In this document: piece by piece, positions 9,940 through 18,999 of the stretch | Numbering within the stretch: the first letter of the stretch is position 1 | Layout of the letters: each line of letters opens with the position of its first letter | Assembly: GCA_965217585.1 (NCBI GenBank) | Contig: OZ244561.1 | Coordinates: 3,488,001-3,552,000, forward strand | Source: Candidatus Latescibacterota bacterium | GTDB taxonomy: Bacteria > Latescibacterota > UBA2968 > UBA8231 | Length of the DNA stretch: 64,000 bases | Reading direction: 5' to 3' | Notes under the pieces: model-generated | Told to the model about the DNA's origin: nothing | Seen by the model: the letters and a program-made list of their open reading frames with translations, nothing else | The model's database searches: none | Position numbers and translations under genes: made by a program

Positions 9940-11346
9940 TTAATCCCGATAGGAAATCCCAAAGAGAATCATCATCTCGTCTGTTGACAAGAAACCGAAA
10001 TTGACTTCTTGGTCGGTCGTGTTGTCGTAGGTTGCCTCTAACCTGAAGCCTTCCCCTCGCTCTAGGACCAGAGGGGAGTCGAATCTCAGGATCGGCGGGT
10101 GGTCCCAATCGTAGGCGGCGTAGATGAGCTCGCCGTCGTGCGCTCCCCCGATCATTTCGACCCGGAATTCTACCATGAGCTGATGAGCGTGCGAGAGTAG
10201 CTGCACAATGTGGGTCCGCTTGGAGAAGGTAAAATCCTTCTCTATGGTCGTCACCTCCCCGGCCGGCAGGGAGATATCAAGATTGTTCAAAGAAAAAAGA
10301 CGCGCCTCGTGCTCGACTTCAGACGGGTCGGCAAAGTGCAAGTTGGTATAGACCTCGCCGGTAACGGGCTGACTGGTGCGATTGACATAGTGCGAGTTGA
10401 GGTCGAGCAAAGTGTTCTTGGGCAGCCGTATCGCCACTCCAGGCGGCAGGGAGACATCAATGGAAGGCCATTGGCTGCCGGCGATTGGCAGGTGGTAAAA
10501 TTGCGTGAGTATGGTTGCAAGGACGTACTGGCCGGTGCCGTTGTGCAACTCGCGATATTCGTAGGGTTCCGGCATGCGCTCGGGAGGTATGTCGTCTTGG
10601 AATGTGTAGAGTAGGAAGTGGTGCGAGCCGGACTTCATAAAGATCTGGACGCGCTCTAGGAATATATCGTCTTCGTTGTTCAGCGGATGCACGACAAAGA
10701 TCTCGCGCTCGGAGTTGGGTTGTATCTCGAAAGGCGGCAAGTGCAGTTGGACGCCGTTTTCCGGCTCGGCTAGCGGCTTGAACTCCGGCTCCTCGTAGCG
10801 CGACTTGTCCTTCAAGAGGTCTGGGTCGGCCACGTGGCCTGTCTCCGGTGCGCCCGCCTCGATCCAAGCGCGGATAAAAGCCAACTCGCCGTTGGTCAGC
10901 GGCTTGTCGCCAAGGGGCATTATCTCCCCGTAATAGGGATGGTCGCCGTAGAAATGCTGCTGGTCGGGAGCGTTGAGCTTCTCCCACAAATAGCTCTTGA
11001 GAAGGCCGGGCATACCCTGTCCGAGGTCGCTGACCCGCATCAGCCCGTCGGCCGCGGCGGCCGCGTTCGTCGGAGCGGCACCCACGAGCTGTTCGTAGGC
11101 CACGTCCGGGGTGAGTACGAGGCTCGACTGACGCCCAAACGAGGTCCCAGCCGTGTGGCAGCTAACGCATTGGCCGGCGAAAATTTCCGTTTGGATAATA
11201 TCCCAAGTCGAATCGGACTCATGCACGGCCGTTTGGACCGGCCCCGGGCCGTCGGCACTACAGCCGACGAAAATCGAGCCTATGAGCAAGCAGCGGCGAA
11301 TTGTGCGGCTTGCGCGCTCGGGATATGTGGGGGGTAGCATGATCAC
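9940..11346 (-). CDS. Heme-c (CXXCH) plus PHM/DBH-like type II copper monooxygenase-domain lipoprotein
   Basis: FVGC lipobox-like motif, CVSCH, putative Cu ligands SHH, NSHY, SHAH, DEM. Confidence 0.7.
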   Translation of the reverse strand: MIMLPPTYPERASRTIRRCLLIGSIFVGCSADGPGPVQTAVHESDSTWDIIQTEIFAGQCVSCHTAGTSFGRQSSLVLTPDVAYEQLVGAAPTNAAAAADGLMRVSDLGQGMPGLLKSYLWEKLNAPDQQHFYGDHPYYGEIMPLGDKPLTNGELAFIRAWIEAGAPETGHVADPDLLKDKSRYEEPEFKPLAEPENGVQLHLPPFEIQPNSEREIFVVHPLNNEDDIFLERVQIFMKSGSHHFLLYTFQDDIPPERMPEPYEYRELHNGTGQYVLATILTQFYHLPIAGSQWPSIDVSLPPGVAIRLPKNTLLDLNSHYVNRTSQPVTGEVYTNLHFADPSEVEHEARLFSLNNLDISLPAGEVTTIEKDFTFSKRTHIVQLLSHAHQLMVEFRVEMIGGAHDGELIYAAYDWDHPPILRFDSPLVLERGEGFRLEATYDNTTDQEVNFGFLSTDEMMILFGISYRD

Positions 11347-11358
11347 CTGCGGGAGGAT

Positions 11359-12201
11359 TCAAATTCCGGCTTGGTCGATCAGGCCAGCCAAGTTCTGGCC
11401 CAGGATCAGGCGCTTGTGCTCGTCTGGTACGAACGTGCAGTGCGTGCGGAATGCCTCGAGCGCGTGCTGGTAGGTCATGTTGGTTCGCACTACCGGGTAG
11501 TCCGAACCCCAGCACAGCCGCTGGGGGCCGAAGTGCTCGTAGAGTTGGCGCACGATGTGGTGCGTATCCGAGTAGGGGTAATCCCACGAGACGTGCGAAG
11601 CGTAGTGAAAGCCCGAGAGCTTGATGTAGATGTTGGGCACCTCGGCCGAGCGCAGAATCTCCTGCAGGTTGGGATGCGGCACTTCCTCGCGCGCGTTGGC
11701 CCCGGCCATGTGATGACAGAGAAAAGTCACCGACGGAAAGCGCCGCGCCAGCTCGCGCAGCGCTGGCTGCCACTGCGGCCCTAAGGCCAAGCTGGCGATC
11801 AGGTTTAGATCGGCTGTGGTGCTGAAAAACGCGAGCCCCTCCTCGGAAGCAAACCACTCGGTGTCGCTTTTTACGTAGTGAGTATAGCCCTTGAGTTGGT
11901 ACTTTGCCGCGGCCGCTTTGAGCCGCTCGGCCGCACCGGGGGTGTGGTATTCTTCCGACCACGAGCAATCCACGTCGGCGAATTGCACCAATCGATCTGG
12001 ATAGGCACGGATTTGTTCGGCGACGTAGTCGTTGTTGTGGGGATTGTGCTCGATGCGGGCGCAGACCAACACGGCCTTATCGACGCCGTTGCGGTCCATT
12101 TCCCACAGCAGTTGCTCGGCCCGGCCGCGGCTGTTGTGATCGGGCACGGGTGGCTCGTAGGGCCAGTATTCCCAAGCGTGAGTATGCGAGTCGATTATCA
12201 T
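11359..12201 (-). CDS. Amidohydrolase family protein (Amidohydro_2)
   Basis: IIDSHTHAW, HHM, IKLSG, WGSDYPV. Start is ATG 12201; the ORF-track extension lies inside the IS. Confidence 0.88.
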   Translation of the reverse strand: MIIDSHTHAWEYWPYEPPVPDHNSRGRAEQLLWEMDRNGVDKAVLVCARIEHNPHNNDYVAEQIRAYPDRLVQFADVDCSWSEEYHTPGAAERLKAAAAKYQLKGYTHYVKSDTEWFASEEGLAFFSTTADLNLIASLALGPQWQPALRELARRFPSVTFLCHHMAGANAREEVPHPNLQEILRSAEVPNIYIKLSGFHYASHVSWDYPYSDTHHIVRQLYEHFGPQRLCWGSDYPVVRTNMTYQHALEAFRTHCTFVPDEHKRLILGQNLAGLIDQAGI

Positions 12202-13501
12202 CGAAAACCTCTTTAGGAGACGGTCGTCTTTAGGCGGCCGAGGAATAAAGAGCGGTCGGAGCGATGGGGCCTTGGGCCCCCTGAGCAAAGGCCATAAAGG
12301 GCTTGACTCGGTTTCGCGGAATGGGTCCCTTTAGCATGGTGAAGCGGATCATTCAAATCCAACTCCGGCCTACGCCCGATCAAGCGGCGGCGCTTAAAAA
12401 GACAATGTGCCGCTTTAATCAGGCGTGTAATTGGGTGACTCAACGGGCGTTTGAGCGCAATCTGGCCAACCGTTATGCCTTGCACAAGCTGTACTATTAT
12501 GCCGTGCGCCAGCAGTTTGACCTGCCTGCGCAAATGGCCTGTCTGACCTTTGCCCAAGTGGCCGCTGCCTATAAGCGCGACAAGAGCAAAAAGGTGTCGT
12601 TTCGTCCTTTGGCGTCGATGCCCTACGACGCGCGCCTTTTGCATTACCGAGGGCTGGACCGGGTGTCGCTTTCGACGCTGGACGGGCGCATCGTCGTGCC
12701 AATGGTGATGGGTGCCTACCAAGCCGAGCAGTTCGGCCACGTCAAGCGGTATGCCGAGTTGGTGCGACGGCGGGATGGCCAGTGGTTTTTGATGGCTACC
12801 GTCGAGTTCGACGAGGTGCCGCCGGTCGATCCCAATGACTTCCTCGGCGTGGATCTCGGTGTGGCGAATCTGGCGACGGACTCGGACGGTCAACAGCATT
12901 CGGGTGCCGACGTGGAGCGCGTGCGCGTAAAGTGCCAGACAATGCGTCAAAAGCTGCAATCGGCGGCCGACCAAGCTCAAAACACTCGCCGCCGCAAGCG
13001 CATCCGCAAGAAACTGCACCGACGCGCGCGCAAAGAAGCCAACTTCCGCAGAAACACCAATCACGTCCTCTCCAAGCGACTCGTTGAGCAGGCTAAAGGC
13101 ACTGTCCGGGGTATTGCCCTCGAAGACCTCAAGGGTATCCGGGATAGCATCCGGTTTCGCAAGCCTCAACGCGCCCGCATGGCGGGATGGGCTTTTGACC
13201 AACTGAGGCAGTTTATCGCCTACAAGGCGCAAGCTGCCGGCGTGTTGGTCGAGATGGTCGATCCCAAGCATACCAGTCAGAGGTGTGCCGAGTGTGGCCA
13301 TGTCGAGCGAGCCAATCGCTGCTCTCAATCTGAGTTTTGTTGTCGTCGCTGTGGGCTGAAAGTCCATGCCGATGTCAACGCGGCTCGGAACATCCGAGCC
13401 AGGGCTCTGTGTCAACGAGCCCATAGTTTCGGCCTCCCTACCGCTGCGGCGGCTGGGTAAGGCTAGGGACAAGCCGCCTCCTTTAGGGGGCGGTAGTTGA
13501 C
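12202..13501 (+). mobile_element. Non-autonomous IS200/IS605 (IS1341-type, tnpB-only) element
   Basis: Left-end hairpin CGGTCGTC-TTTA-GGCGGCCG (12221-12240) preceded by GAGA; right-end hairpin CCGCCTCC-TTTA-GGGGGCGG preceded by CAAG, element ending TAGTTGAC at 13501; target TCAT 12198-12201; no tnpA. Confidence 0.85.
12336..13460 (+). CDS. tnpB: RNA-guided endonuclease TnpB
   Basis: RuvC triad GVDLG / IALEDL / HADVNAA and Zn ribbon CAEC...CRRC all intact. Confidence 0.93.
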   Translation: MVKRIIQIQLRPTPDQAAALKKTMCRFNQACNWVTQRAFERNLANRYALHKLYYYAVRQQFDLPAQMACLTFAQVAAAYKRDKSKKVSFRPLASMPYDARLLHYRGLDRVSLSTLDGRIVVPMVMGAYQAEQFGHVKRYAELVRRRDGQWFLMATVEFDEVPPVDPNDFLGVDLGVANLATDSDGQQHSGADVERVRVKCQTMRQKLQSAADQAQNTRRRKRIRKKLHRRARKEANFRRNTNHVLSKRLVEQAKGTVRGIALEDLKGIRDSIRFRKPQRARMAGWAFDQLRQFIAYKAQAAGVLVEMVDPKHTSQRCAECGHVERANRCSQSEFCCRRCGLKVHADVNAARNIRARALCQRAHSFGLPTAAAAG

Positions 13502-13520
13502 AAGAAGCTCAAGAGGGTGT
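13330..13520 (+). ncRNA. Putative TnpB omega/reRNA: scaffold overlapping the tnpB 3' end and right end, guide from the flank AAGAAGCTCAAGAGGG
   Basis: Inferred from established TnpB architecture; the 5' boundary is approximate. Confidence 0.55.
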
Positions 13521-13740
13521 CGTTGTTAAGCGTCAGTGGCGTATGGCAAAAGATACTGAAAAAAAGGGTACTCTGACAAATCTGTCATTGATACCCATAA
13601 CGCATTTGTTTATATAAATCCGCGTCCTCGCTAGGCGCGGGTTCCAACTTGCGTCATCTGTGCTCAAAAGAAGACCGGGATGCGGATTCCGGACGCAGTT
13701 TCGCCACGGACAGGTGGACTGATACAACGAAGGGAGCGGT

Positions 13741-14445
13741 ATGAGTATACGAAACGTAGCGGTCATCACCGGGGCGGGACGCGGCATGGGTGCGGCCATC
13801 GCGCGCAACCTCGTGGGCCAAGGCTGGGCGGTCTCGCTGCTTTCACCCTCCGGAGCGGCCGAATCGCTAGCGGAGGAACTGGGCGGCATCGGGGTGACCG
13901 GTACCGTTACGGAGGAGGGAGACCTGCGGCGACTCGTCGATCAGACCATGGACGCGTACGGCCGCATCGACGGCGTCGTCAACAGCACGGGCCATCCGCC
14001 CAAGGGCAGTCTCCTAGATATCCCGGACGAGGACTGGCACGAGGGGCTGGATATCGTCTTTCTGAACGTGGTTCGCATGGCCCGGATCGTCACGCCGATC
14101 TTGGTCAGGCAGGGCGGGGGATCGATTGTCAACATCTCCACCTTTGCCGTCTTCGAACCCGAGCATCACTTCCCCGTTTCGACGCCCTGCAGGGCGGCCC
14201 TGGCGAGTTTTACGAAGATCTACGCAGATAACCACGCCAACGACAACATCCGGATGAACAATATCCTACCGGGTTTCATCGACAGCCTCCCGGAAGTGGA
14301 ATCGTTCAAGTCGCGCATTCCCATGGGACGTTACGGAACCGTGGAGGAGATCGCCGAAACCGCCGCCTTCCTCCTCTCTCCCGGCGCTGGATACATAACC
14401 GGACAGAACCTACGGGTCGACGGGGGCATTACGCGGTCGGTGTGA
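13741..14445 (+). CDS. SDR family oxidoreductase
   Basis: TGAGRGMG, NISTF, NNILPG, ITGQNLRVDGG. Confidence 0.9.
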   Translation: MSIRNVAVITGAGRGMGAAIARNLVGQGWAVSLLSPSGAAESLAEELGGIGVTGTVTEEGDLRRLVDQTMDAYGRIDGVVNSTGHPPKGSLLDIPDEDWHEGLDIVFLNVVRMARIVTPILVRQGGGSIVNISTFAVFEPEHHFPVSTPCRAALASFTKIYADNHANDNIRMNNILPGFIDSLPEVESFKSRIPMGRYGTVEEIAETAAFLLSPGAGYITGQNLRVDGGITRSV

Positions 14446-14532
14446 CGGATGTCGGCGGTCCGGGCGGCCTGAAGGTCCGTGCCGGTTGGGGACACCCGGT
14501 TCGGACGCGCACGAGCATCCATTGAAAGAAAT

Positions 14533-14564
14533 AAAAAACGCGGAGTAGACCAGCTACTCCGCGT
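14533..14564 (-). terminator. Intrinsic terminator of the sigma/Spy operon
   Basis: Perfect 11-bp stem ACGCGGAGTAG/CTACTCCGCGT followed by a T6 tail on the minus strand. Confidence 0.8.
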
Positions 14565-14589
14565 CGTGAAGGAAAACAGGAATTGGTGC

Positions 14590-15195
14590 TTACCGCCTGC
14601 CGCGCCAGCGCCTGCCACCGTAAAACGCCTCGTCCTTCATTGCTTCGAGTTTTTCGCGCTGCTCGTCGGTCAAGACGCTTTCCAAGGCCGTGCGGTGCTT
14701 TTGGCGCGATTCGCGCATCTCTGCGCGCTGCTCCTCGCGCAATTCCACGAGCTGTTCCTTCTGCTCGTCGGTCAGGTCCAGCCTTGAGAACGCGCCCTTG
14801 CCGCCGCGCCGCATGTCGTGATCCTTGCCGCCGCGTCGCATGTCGTGCCGATCTTTGCCCCCCCAGCCGCGCCGACCAAAAAATTTGCCGCGCTTACTGC
14901 GCATTTCTTTCATGGCCTCCTGCTGCTCCTTGGTCAAAATGTTCATTACGGCTTCGCGTTGCTCCTTGCCCATAGCGGCCATGGCCTCGCGCTGCTCGCG
15001 CATGGCTTCGCGGTGCTTTTCGCGCAACGCTTGCAACTGCTCCTGCTGCTCGTCGGTCAGGTCGAGATGTTCCAGCATTCTCATCGCGGGCTGCCGGTGT
15101 TCCCGCATCTTTTCCCCGCGCTCGGCTACGGCCACGGTGGCCAGTGCGCCGAGTGCCAGCGCGACACCGGCTGAGATGATCCATTTCTTTTTCAT
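14590..15195 (-). CDS. Spy/CpxP-family periplasmic chaperone
   Basis: Signal peptide, repeated LTDEQ/LTKEQ (LTXXQ) motifs, HDMRRGGK linker repeats. Confidence 0.82.
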   Translation of the reverse strand: MKKKWIISAGVALALGALATVAVAERGEKMREHRQPAMRMLEHLDLTDEQQEQLQALREKHREAMREQREAMAAMGKEQREAVMNILTKEQQEAMKEMRSKRGKFFGRRGWGGKDRHDMRRGGKDHDMRRGGKGAFSRLDLTDEQKEQLVELREEQRAEMRESRQKHRTALESVLTDEQREKLEAMKDEAFYGGRRWRGRR

Positions 15196-15301
15196 TTTAC
15201 GTTCTCCGCATTGGATGGTTAGTTGGGTTCACCGCCCTAGTGGACGGTTCGTGAGAAACGGCCATTTCTCTTCTCTACGCCCATTAGACCACCGATTGAT
15301 T

Positions 15302-15712
15302 CTATTCATTCCCGTGCGGTTTCATTTTTTTGTGGTGCTGCCGCTCGCGCCAAGGTCCCATCAGTTCCCCGAAGCGCCGCAGCCGCCGATCCAGCCGCCG
15401 CAGTTGCTCCTCAGACAACAAGGGGGCCAGCTCGGCTCGCGTCGCATCCAACTGCTCCTTTAGTGCCTCCCGGTGCTCGGCGTCGAGTGCGCGGAGCTTT
15501 GCAGCGTATCGCCGCAGCACGGTTCGCACGGCTTGGCGCTGCACTTCGTCCTGCGGCGCGATCAATCGCTCGGTGCTGCGGACGAAGTGCCGGGGATGCG
15601 GAATGGGCCGCAGCCGGTCGCGGACAAACCACCCGGAGAGCAGGGTGCCGATCAGGACGCCGATGAGCAGGGTGCTAAAGAGAATGAGCGCGCCTTTGGT
15701 TCTCTTTCGCAT
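15302..15712 (-). CDS. Membrane-anchored periplasmic helical protein (CnrX/ZraP-like accessory)
   Basis: N-terminal TM helix, LSEEQ motif, located in an ECF operon. Confidence 0.6.
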   Translation of the reverse strand: MRKRTKGALILFSTLLIGVLIGTLLSGWFVRDRLRPIPHPRHFVRSTERLIAPQDEVQRQAVRTVLRRYAAKLRALDAEHREALKEQLDATRAELAPLLSEEQLRRLDRRLRRFGELMGPWRERQHHKKMKPHGNE

Positions 15713-15713
15713 G

Positions 15714-16124
15714 TCACATGTCCATTACGTAAGCCGCTTCGGGCGTGGCGGGCACGGCGGCGAAGATCGCGGCGACGAACGAGGCGTCGTCGCCGACTAG
15801 TTCGCGCTCGTTCCAGTTGCTCAGTGCCAAAAAGGCGACCACCACTAAAGCGACTGGGGCGAGGGGGCGGAAGAGCCACACGAGGGCGTCGGTTAGGCTT
15901 TCCTCGCGCTGGCTTTTGATGTGCTGCGCGACGCGGGCGGCAAAGAACGGCCGGAATGAGTCGGCGCGGCTCTCCTGCAAAAGGCCGCTAACTTTTTGCA
16001 GGCGCTCCCATTCGGCGCGGAGCGCGTCGTCGGTAGCTAGGGCGCGCTCGAATGCCTCGCGCTCGCGCGCGGTCAATTCGCCGGTCAGCGCCCTTAGCAT
16101 TTCGCTGCGATAGCTGTCAGTCAT
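15714..16124 (-). CDS. Putative anti-sigma factor
   Basis: GELTAREREAFE..L..D..LR.E anti-sigma-domain pattern plus a TM helix; coupled to the sigma gene. Confidence 0.75.
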   Translation of the reverse strand: MTDSYRSEMLRALTGELTAREREAFERALATDDALRAEWERLQKVSGLLQESRADSFRPFFAARVAQHIKSQREESLTDALVWLFRPLAPVALVVVAFLALSNWNERELVGDDASFVAAIFAAVPATPEAAYVMDM

Positions 16125-16683
16125 ACACGTCCTCGGCTTTGAGGATGGTTTCTAGTTGTTTCATGCCACGCGAGAGCCGCGAGAGCACCGTGCCCTCGGC
16201 GATCTCCAACAGCGCCGCCGTCTCCTTGGTCGAATAGCCCTCGATCATCCGCAGCACCACCACCGCTCGGAAGGCTGGCTTGAGCTGGGCGAGGGCCGCC
16301 TGCACCGCTTGCTCGCGCTCGCGCGTGGCCTGTTCGTCGCGGCCATCGACGCTCGGCTCGGGCGGGGCCTGTTCGTCGTCGCGGCTCCAGAAACGCCAGC
16401 GCTGCCGCTTGCGGCGCTCTAGCGCGTTGAGCGAGAGGTTGATGGCAATGCGGGTCAAATAGGTGCCCAATGCCGCGTCGCCGCGAAACTTGTCCAGCGA
16501 TTGGTAGAAGCGGACAAAGGTCTCTTGCCCCACGTCGTCGGCCTCGTCGCCCGGCCCCAACATGCCCACGACTGTGGCGGCCACTTGAGGTTCATAGCGC
16601 TCGATTAGGGCGCGCAAGGCCACTTCATCGCCCGCCCGCGCTTGGTCGATCAAGGCGCGGTCTGTGCCCACTTGCTCCGACAT
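16117..16683 (-). CDS. ECF RNA polymerase sigma factor
   Basis: ADDVGQETFV, FRGDAALGTYLTRIAIN, EGYSTKETA..L.IAEGTVLSRLSR. Confidence 0.92.
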   Translation of the reverse strand: MSEQVGTDRALIDQARAGDEVALRALIERYEPQVAATVVGMLGPGDEADDVGQETFVRFYQSLDKFRGDAALGTYLTRIAINLSLNALERRKRQRWRFWSRDDEQAPPEPSVDGRDEQATREREQAVQAALAQLKPAFRAVVVLRMIEGYSTKETAALLEIAEGTVLSRLSRGMKQLETILKAEDVYD

Positions 16684-16729
16684 ATTGTTAGACAATGTAG
16701 GGGGCAAATACATTCCCTAGCCAATAAAA

Positions 16730-17332
16730 ATGCGAAAAGTCGGCAGCCTTGCAGTCCGTGCCCAATATCCGTTTTCTTCTTTTATGCTCTTAGCTATTCT
16801 TGCACCTCTACTGCTGGTGGGCTGCCGTCCCGACCCCCCCCAAGCCCTCGACTTGGCTGGCAACCCGGTCGATCCCTTTGTCAACCGCGCTCCCGTTGCG
16901 GTTTTGCTCTTCGTGCAGACCGATTGCCCCATCTCCAACCGCTACGCCCCGACTATAGCGCGTCTCCACGCCCGCTTCCAGCCGCAAGGCGTTGCGTTCT
17001 ACTTGGTGTATCCCGACCGTCGCGAGGATGCGGACGCCATCCGCCGCCACGGCCGGGAATACGGCTTGCCGGGCCAAGCCCTGCGGGACGTGCAGCACGT
17101 CCTCGTCAAAAGAGTCGGCGCGACTGTGACCCCAGAAGCCGTGGTGTTAGGTGCGCGTGGCAACATCGTCTACCGGGGCCGCATCGACAACCGCTACATG
17201 GCCTTGGATCAAGTGCGCCCACAGCCGACCCGAAGCGACCTCGTAAATGCCCTAGATGCCGCCCTCGCTGGTCGCCCCCCGGACCCGAGTGTCACCGAGG
17301 CGATTGGCTGTTTTATCGCCGACCTGCGATGA
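16730..17332 (+). CDS. Thioredoxin-fold redoxin lipoprotein (start may be 16784)
   Basis: LVGC lipobox, DCPIS, ATVTPEA, YRGRIDN, C-terminal IGC. Confidence 0.8.
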   Translation: MRKVGSLAVRAQYPFSSFMLLAILAPLLLVGCRPDPPQALDLAGNPVDPFVNRAPVAVLLFVQTDCPISNRYAPTIARLHARFQPQGVAFYLVYPDRREDADAIRRHGREYGLPGQALRDVQHVLVKRVGATVTPEAVVLGARGNIVYRGRIDNRYMALDQVRPQPTRSDLVNALDAALAGRPPDPSVTEAIGCFIADLR

Positions 17333-18999
17333 CGCGCTATTGGGTGCCTTTGGTCGCGGCCTGCTTTGGATGCAGCGGGGGAGGAGAAGCCCCGACCTTC
17401 AACCGCGACATTGCGCCGATCGTCTTTCAGCACTGCGCCCCCTGCCACCGGCCCGCCGGCCCAGCCCCCTTTGACTTGCTCAGCTATGCGGATGTGAGCG
17501 CGCGCGCCGAGCAAATCGCCTTTGTCACGGAGACCCGCTACATGCCGCCGTGGAAGCCCAAGCGCGGCTATGGTAGCTTTGCCGGCGAGCGCGGATTGAG
17601 CGCGGAGCAGATCGCCACGATCCGCCGCTGGATTGACCACGGCGAGCAGGAGGGTAGTCCTGCCGACCGACCTCCACTGCCCCAGTGGGAGGGCGAGTGG
17701 GAGCTAGGCCAGCCCGATTTAATTGCCTCCATGACATCGGCCTACACTCTGCGGGCCGACGGCCCAGATGTCTTCCGCAACTTCGCCATCCCGCTGCCCG
17801 TTGACTCGACCCGCTACGTCAAGGCCCTAGAATTCAGGCCGGGCAACGCGCGCATCGTCCACCACGCCACCATGATGATCGACCGCAGCGGCGCGGCGCG
17901 GCAGCGGGATGGGCGCGACGGTGCTCCGGGCTTTGACGGCATGAGCTTCGGCGAGGCCGAGGACGCCGATGGGCATTTTCTTGGCTGGACCCAAGGCAAG
18001 ACCCCATACCCCGGCAGCGACAGCTTGGCCTGGCGGCTCAATCCGGGCACGGACTTGCTGCTACAGTTGCACATGTTACCGACCGGCAAAGAGGAATCCA
18101 TTGAGGCCCGCGTCGGCCTGTTCTTTGCCGATGCGCCGCCCAAGAGACGCCCGGCCATGCTGCGCTTGGGCCGCAAGGACCTAGATATACTGGCCGGCGT
18201 GCGCGACTATTGGATCCGCGATACGTACCTGCTGCCCGTGGACGTCGAGGTCTTGACCATCTACCCGCACGCCCATTACCTCGGTCGGGAAATCCGGGCG
18301 TACGCCGAGTTGTCCAACGGAGAGCGAGAGTGGCTTATCTGGATTGAGGACTGGGACTTTAGCTGGCAGGACGATTACCGGTTTTCCTCGCCGGTCTTCC
18401 TGCCGGCTGGCTCGACGCTGGTCATGGAGTACGCGTACGACAACTCCGCGCAAAACCCCCGCCAACCTCACGACCCACCCGTGCGGGTGCGCTACGGGCT
18501 GCACTCGACCGACGAGATGGGCGACCTGACGCTGCAGATTTTGCCGCGCCGCCCCGAGGACCTGAAGCGACTCCGCCGCGACTTCTACCGCAAGTGGTTA
18601 GCGCAGGAAATCGACGGTTACAAGAAGCTGCTCGAAGCCCAGCCGCAAGACTGGGACACCCACCACACCTTGGCCATGTTCTACATGCGCTCCGGCCAGC
18701 GTCCGTTGGCGCTGGAGCATTTCGAGTGGGCGCTGGAATACAACCCAGACTACCCGGAAGCGCACGTGAACTTTGGGATTGCGCTGGCCCAAGGTCGCCA
18801 ATGGGAGCGGGCCGTCGCCCATTTTGAACGGTCCTTGCAAATCAACCCCGATTTTGCCGAGGCCCATTTCAACTTGGGATTGATGTTGGAGATGCTGGGC
18901 CGCTCCGCCGAGGCCAAGCCCCATTTCGACGCTGTCATTCGCCAGCGGCCAGACATGGCCGCGGCTATCCAACAGCGCTTGGCGAAGCTACGCCGCTAG
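17329..18999 (+). CDS. Heme-c / type II copper monooxygenase-like protein with C-terminal TPRs
   Basis: PTFNRDIAPIV..HCAPCH, VHH, LQLH, PHAH, DEM and three TPRs; ATG 17329 overlaps the upstream stop. Confidence 0.78.
   Translation: MTRYWVPLVAACFGCSGGGEAPTFNRDIAPIVFQHCAPCHRPAGPAPFDLLSYADVSARAEQIAFVTETRYMPPWKPKRGYGSFAGERGLSAEQIATIRRWIDHGEQEGSPADRPPLPQWEGEWELGQPDLIASMTSAYTLRADGPDVFRNFAIPLPVDSTRYVKALEFRPGNARIVHHATMMIDRSGAARQRDGRDGAPGFDGMSFGEAEDADGHFLGWTQGKTPYPGSDSLAWRLNPGTDLLLQLHMLPTGKEESIEARVGLFFADAPPKRRPAMLRLGRKDLDILAGVRDYWIRDTYLLPVDVEVLTIYPHAHYLGREIRAYAELSNGEREWLIWIEDWDFSWQDDYRFSSPVFLPAGSTLVMEYAYDNSAQNPRQPHDPPVRVRYGLHSTDEMGDLTLQILPRRPEDLKRLRRDFYRKWLAQEIDGYKKLLEAQPQDWDTHHTLAMFYMRSGQRPLALEHFEWALEYNPDYPEAHVNFGIALAQGRQWERAVAHFERSLQINPDFAEAHFNLGLMLEMLGRSAEAKPHFDAVIRQRPDMAAAIQQRLAKLRR

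Noticed and set aside
12202-12335. IStron (group I intron-IS hybrid)
   Set aside because: Only 134 bp lie between the left end and tnpB, too short for a group I ribozyme.
12336-13460. Nuclease-dead TnpB regulator (TldR) or Cas12f
   Set aside because: All three RuvC acidic residues are present, IS ends are intact, and there is no CRISPR array.
12213-13472. 419-aa antisense ORF (likewise 3222-4484 and many others)
   Set aside because: Shadow frames of well-supported genes in GC-rich DNA, with no recognisable motifs.
13598-13616. Second copy of the ssb-operon operator-like motif (CATTTGTTTATA)
   Set aside because: Left half-site is poor and the match is likely by chance in AT-rich DNA.
13630-13665. 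tRNA-like GGGTTCCAAC segment
   Set aside because: No cloverleaf can be formed.
16642-17328. N-terminal extension of the 785-aa ORF
   Set aside because: Overlaps the redoxin and sigma genes; the real start is ATG 17329.
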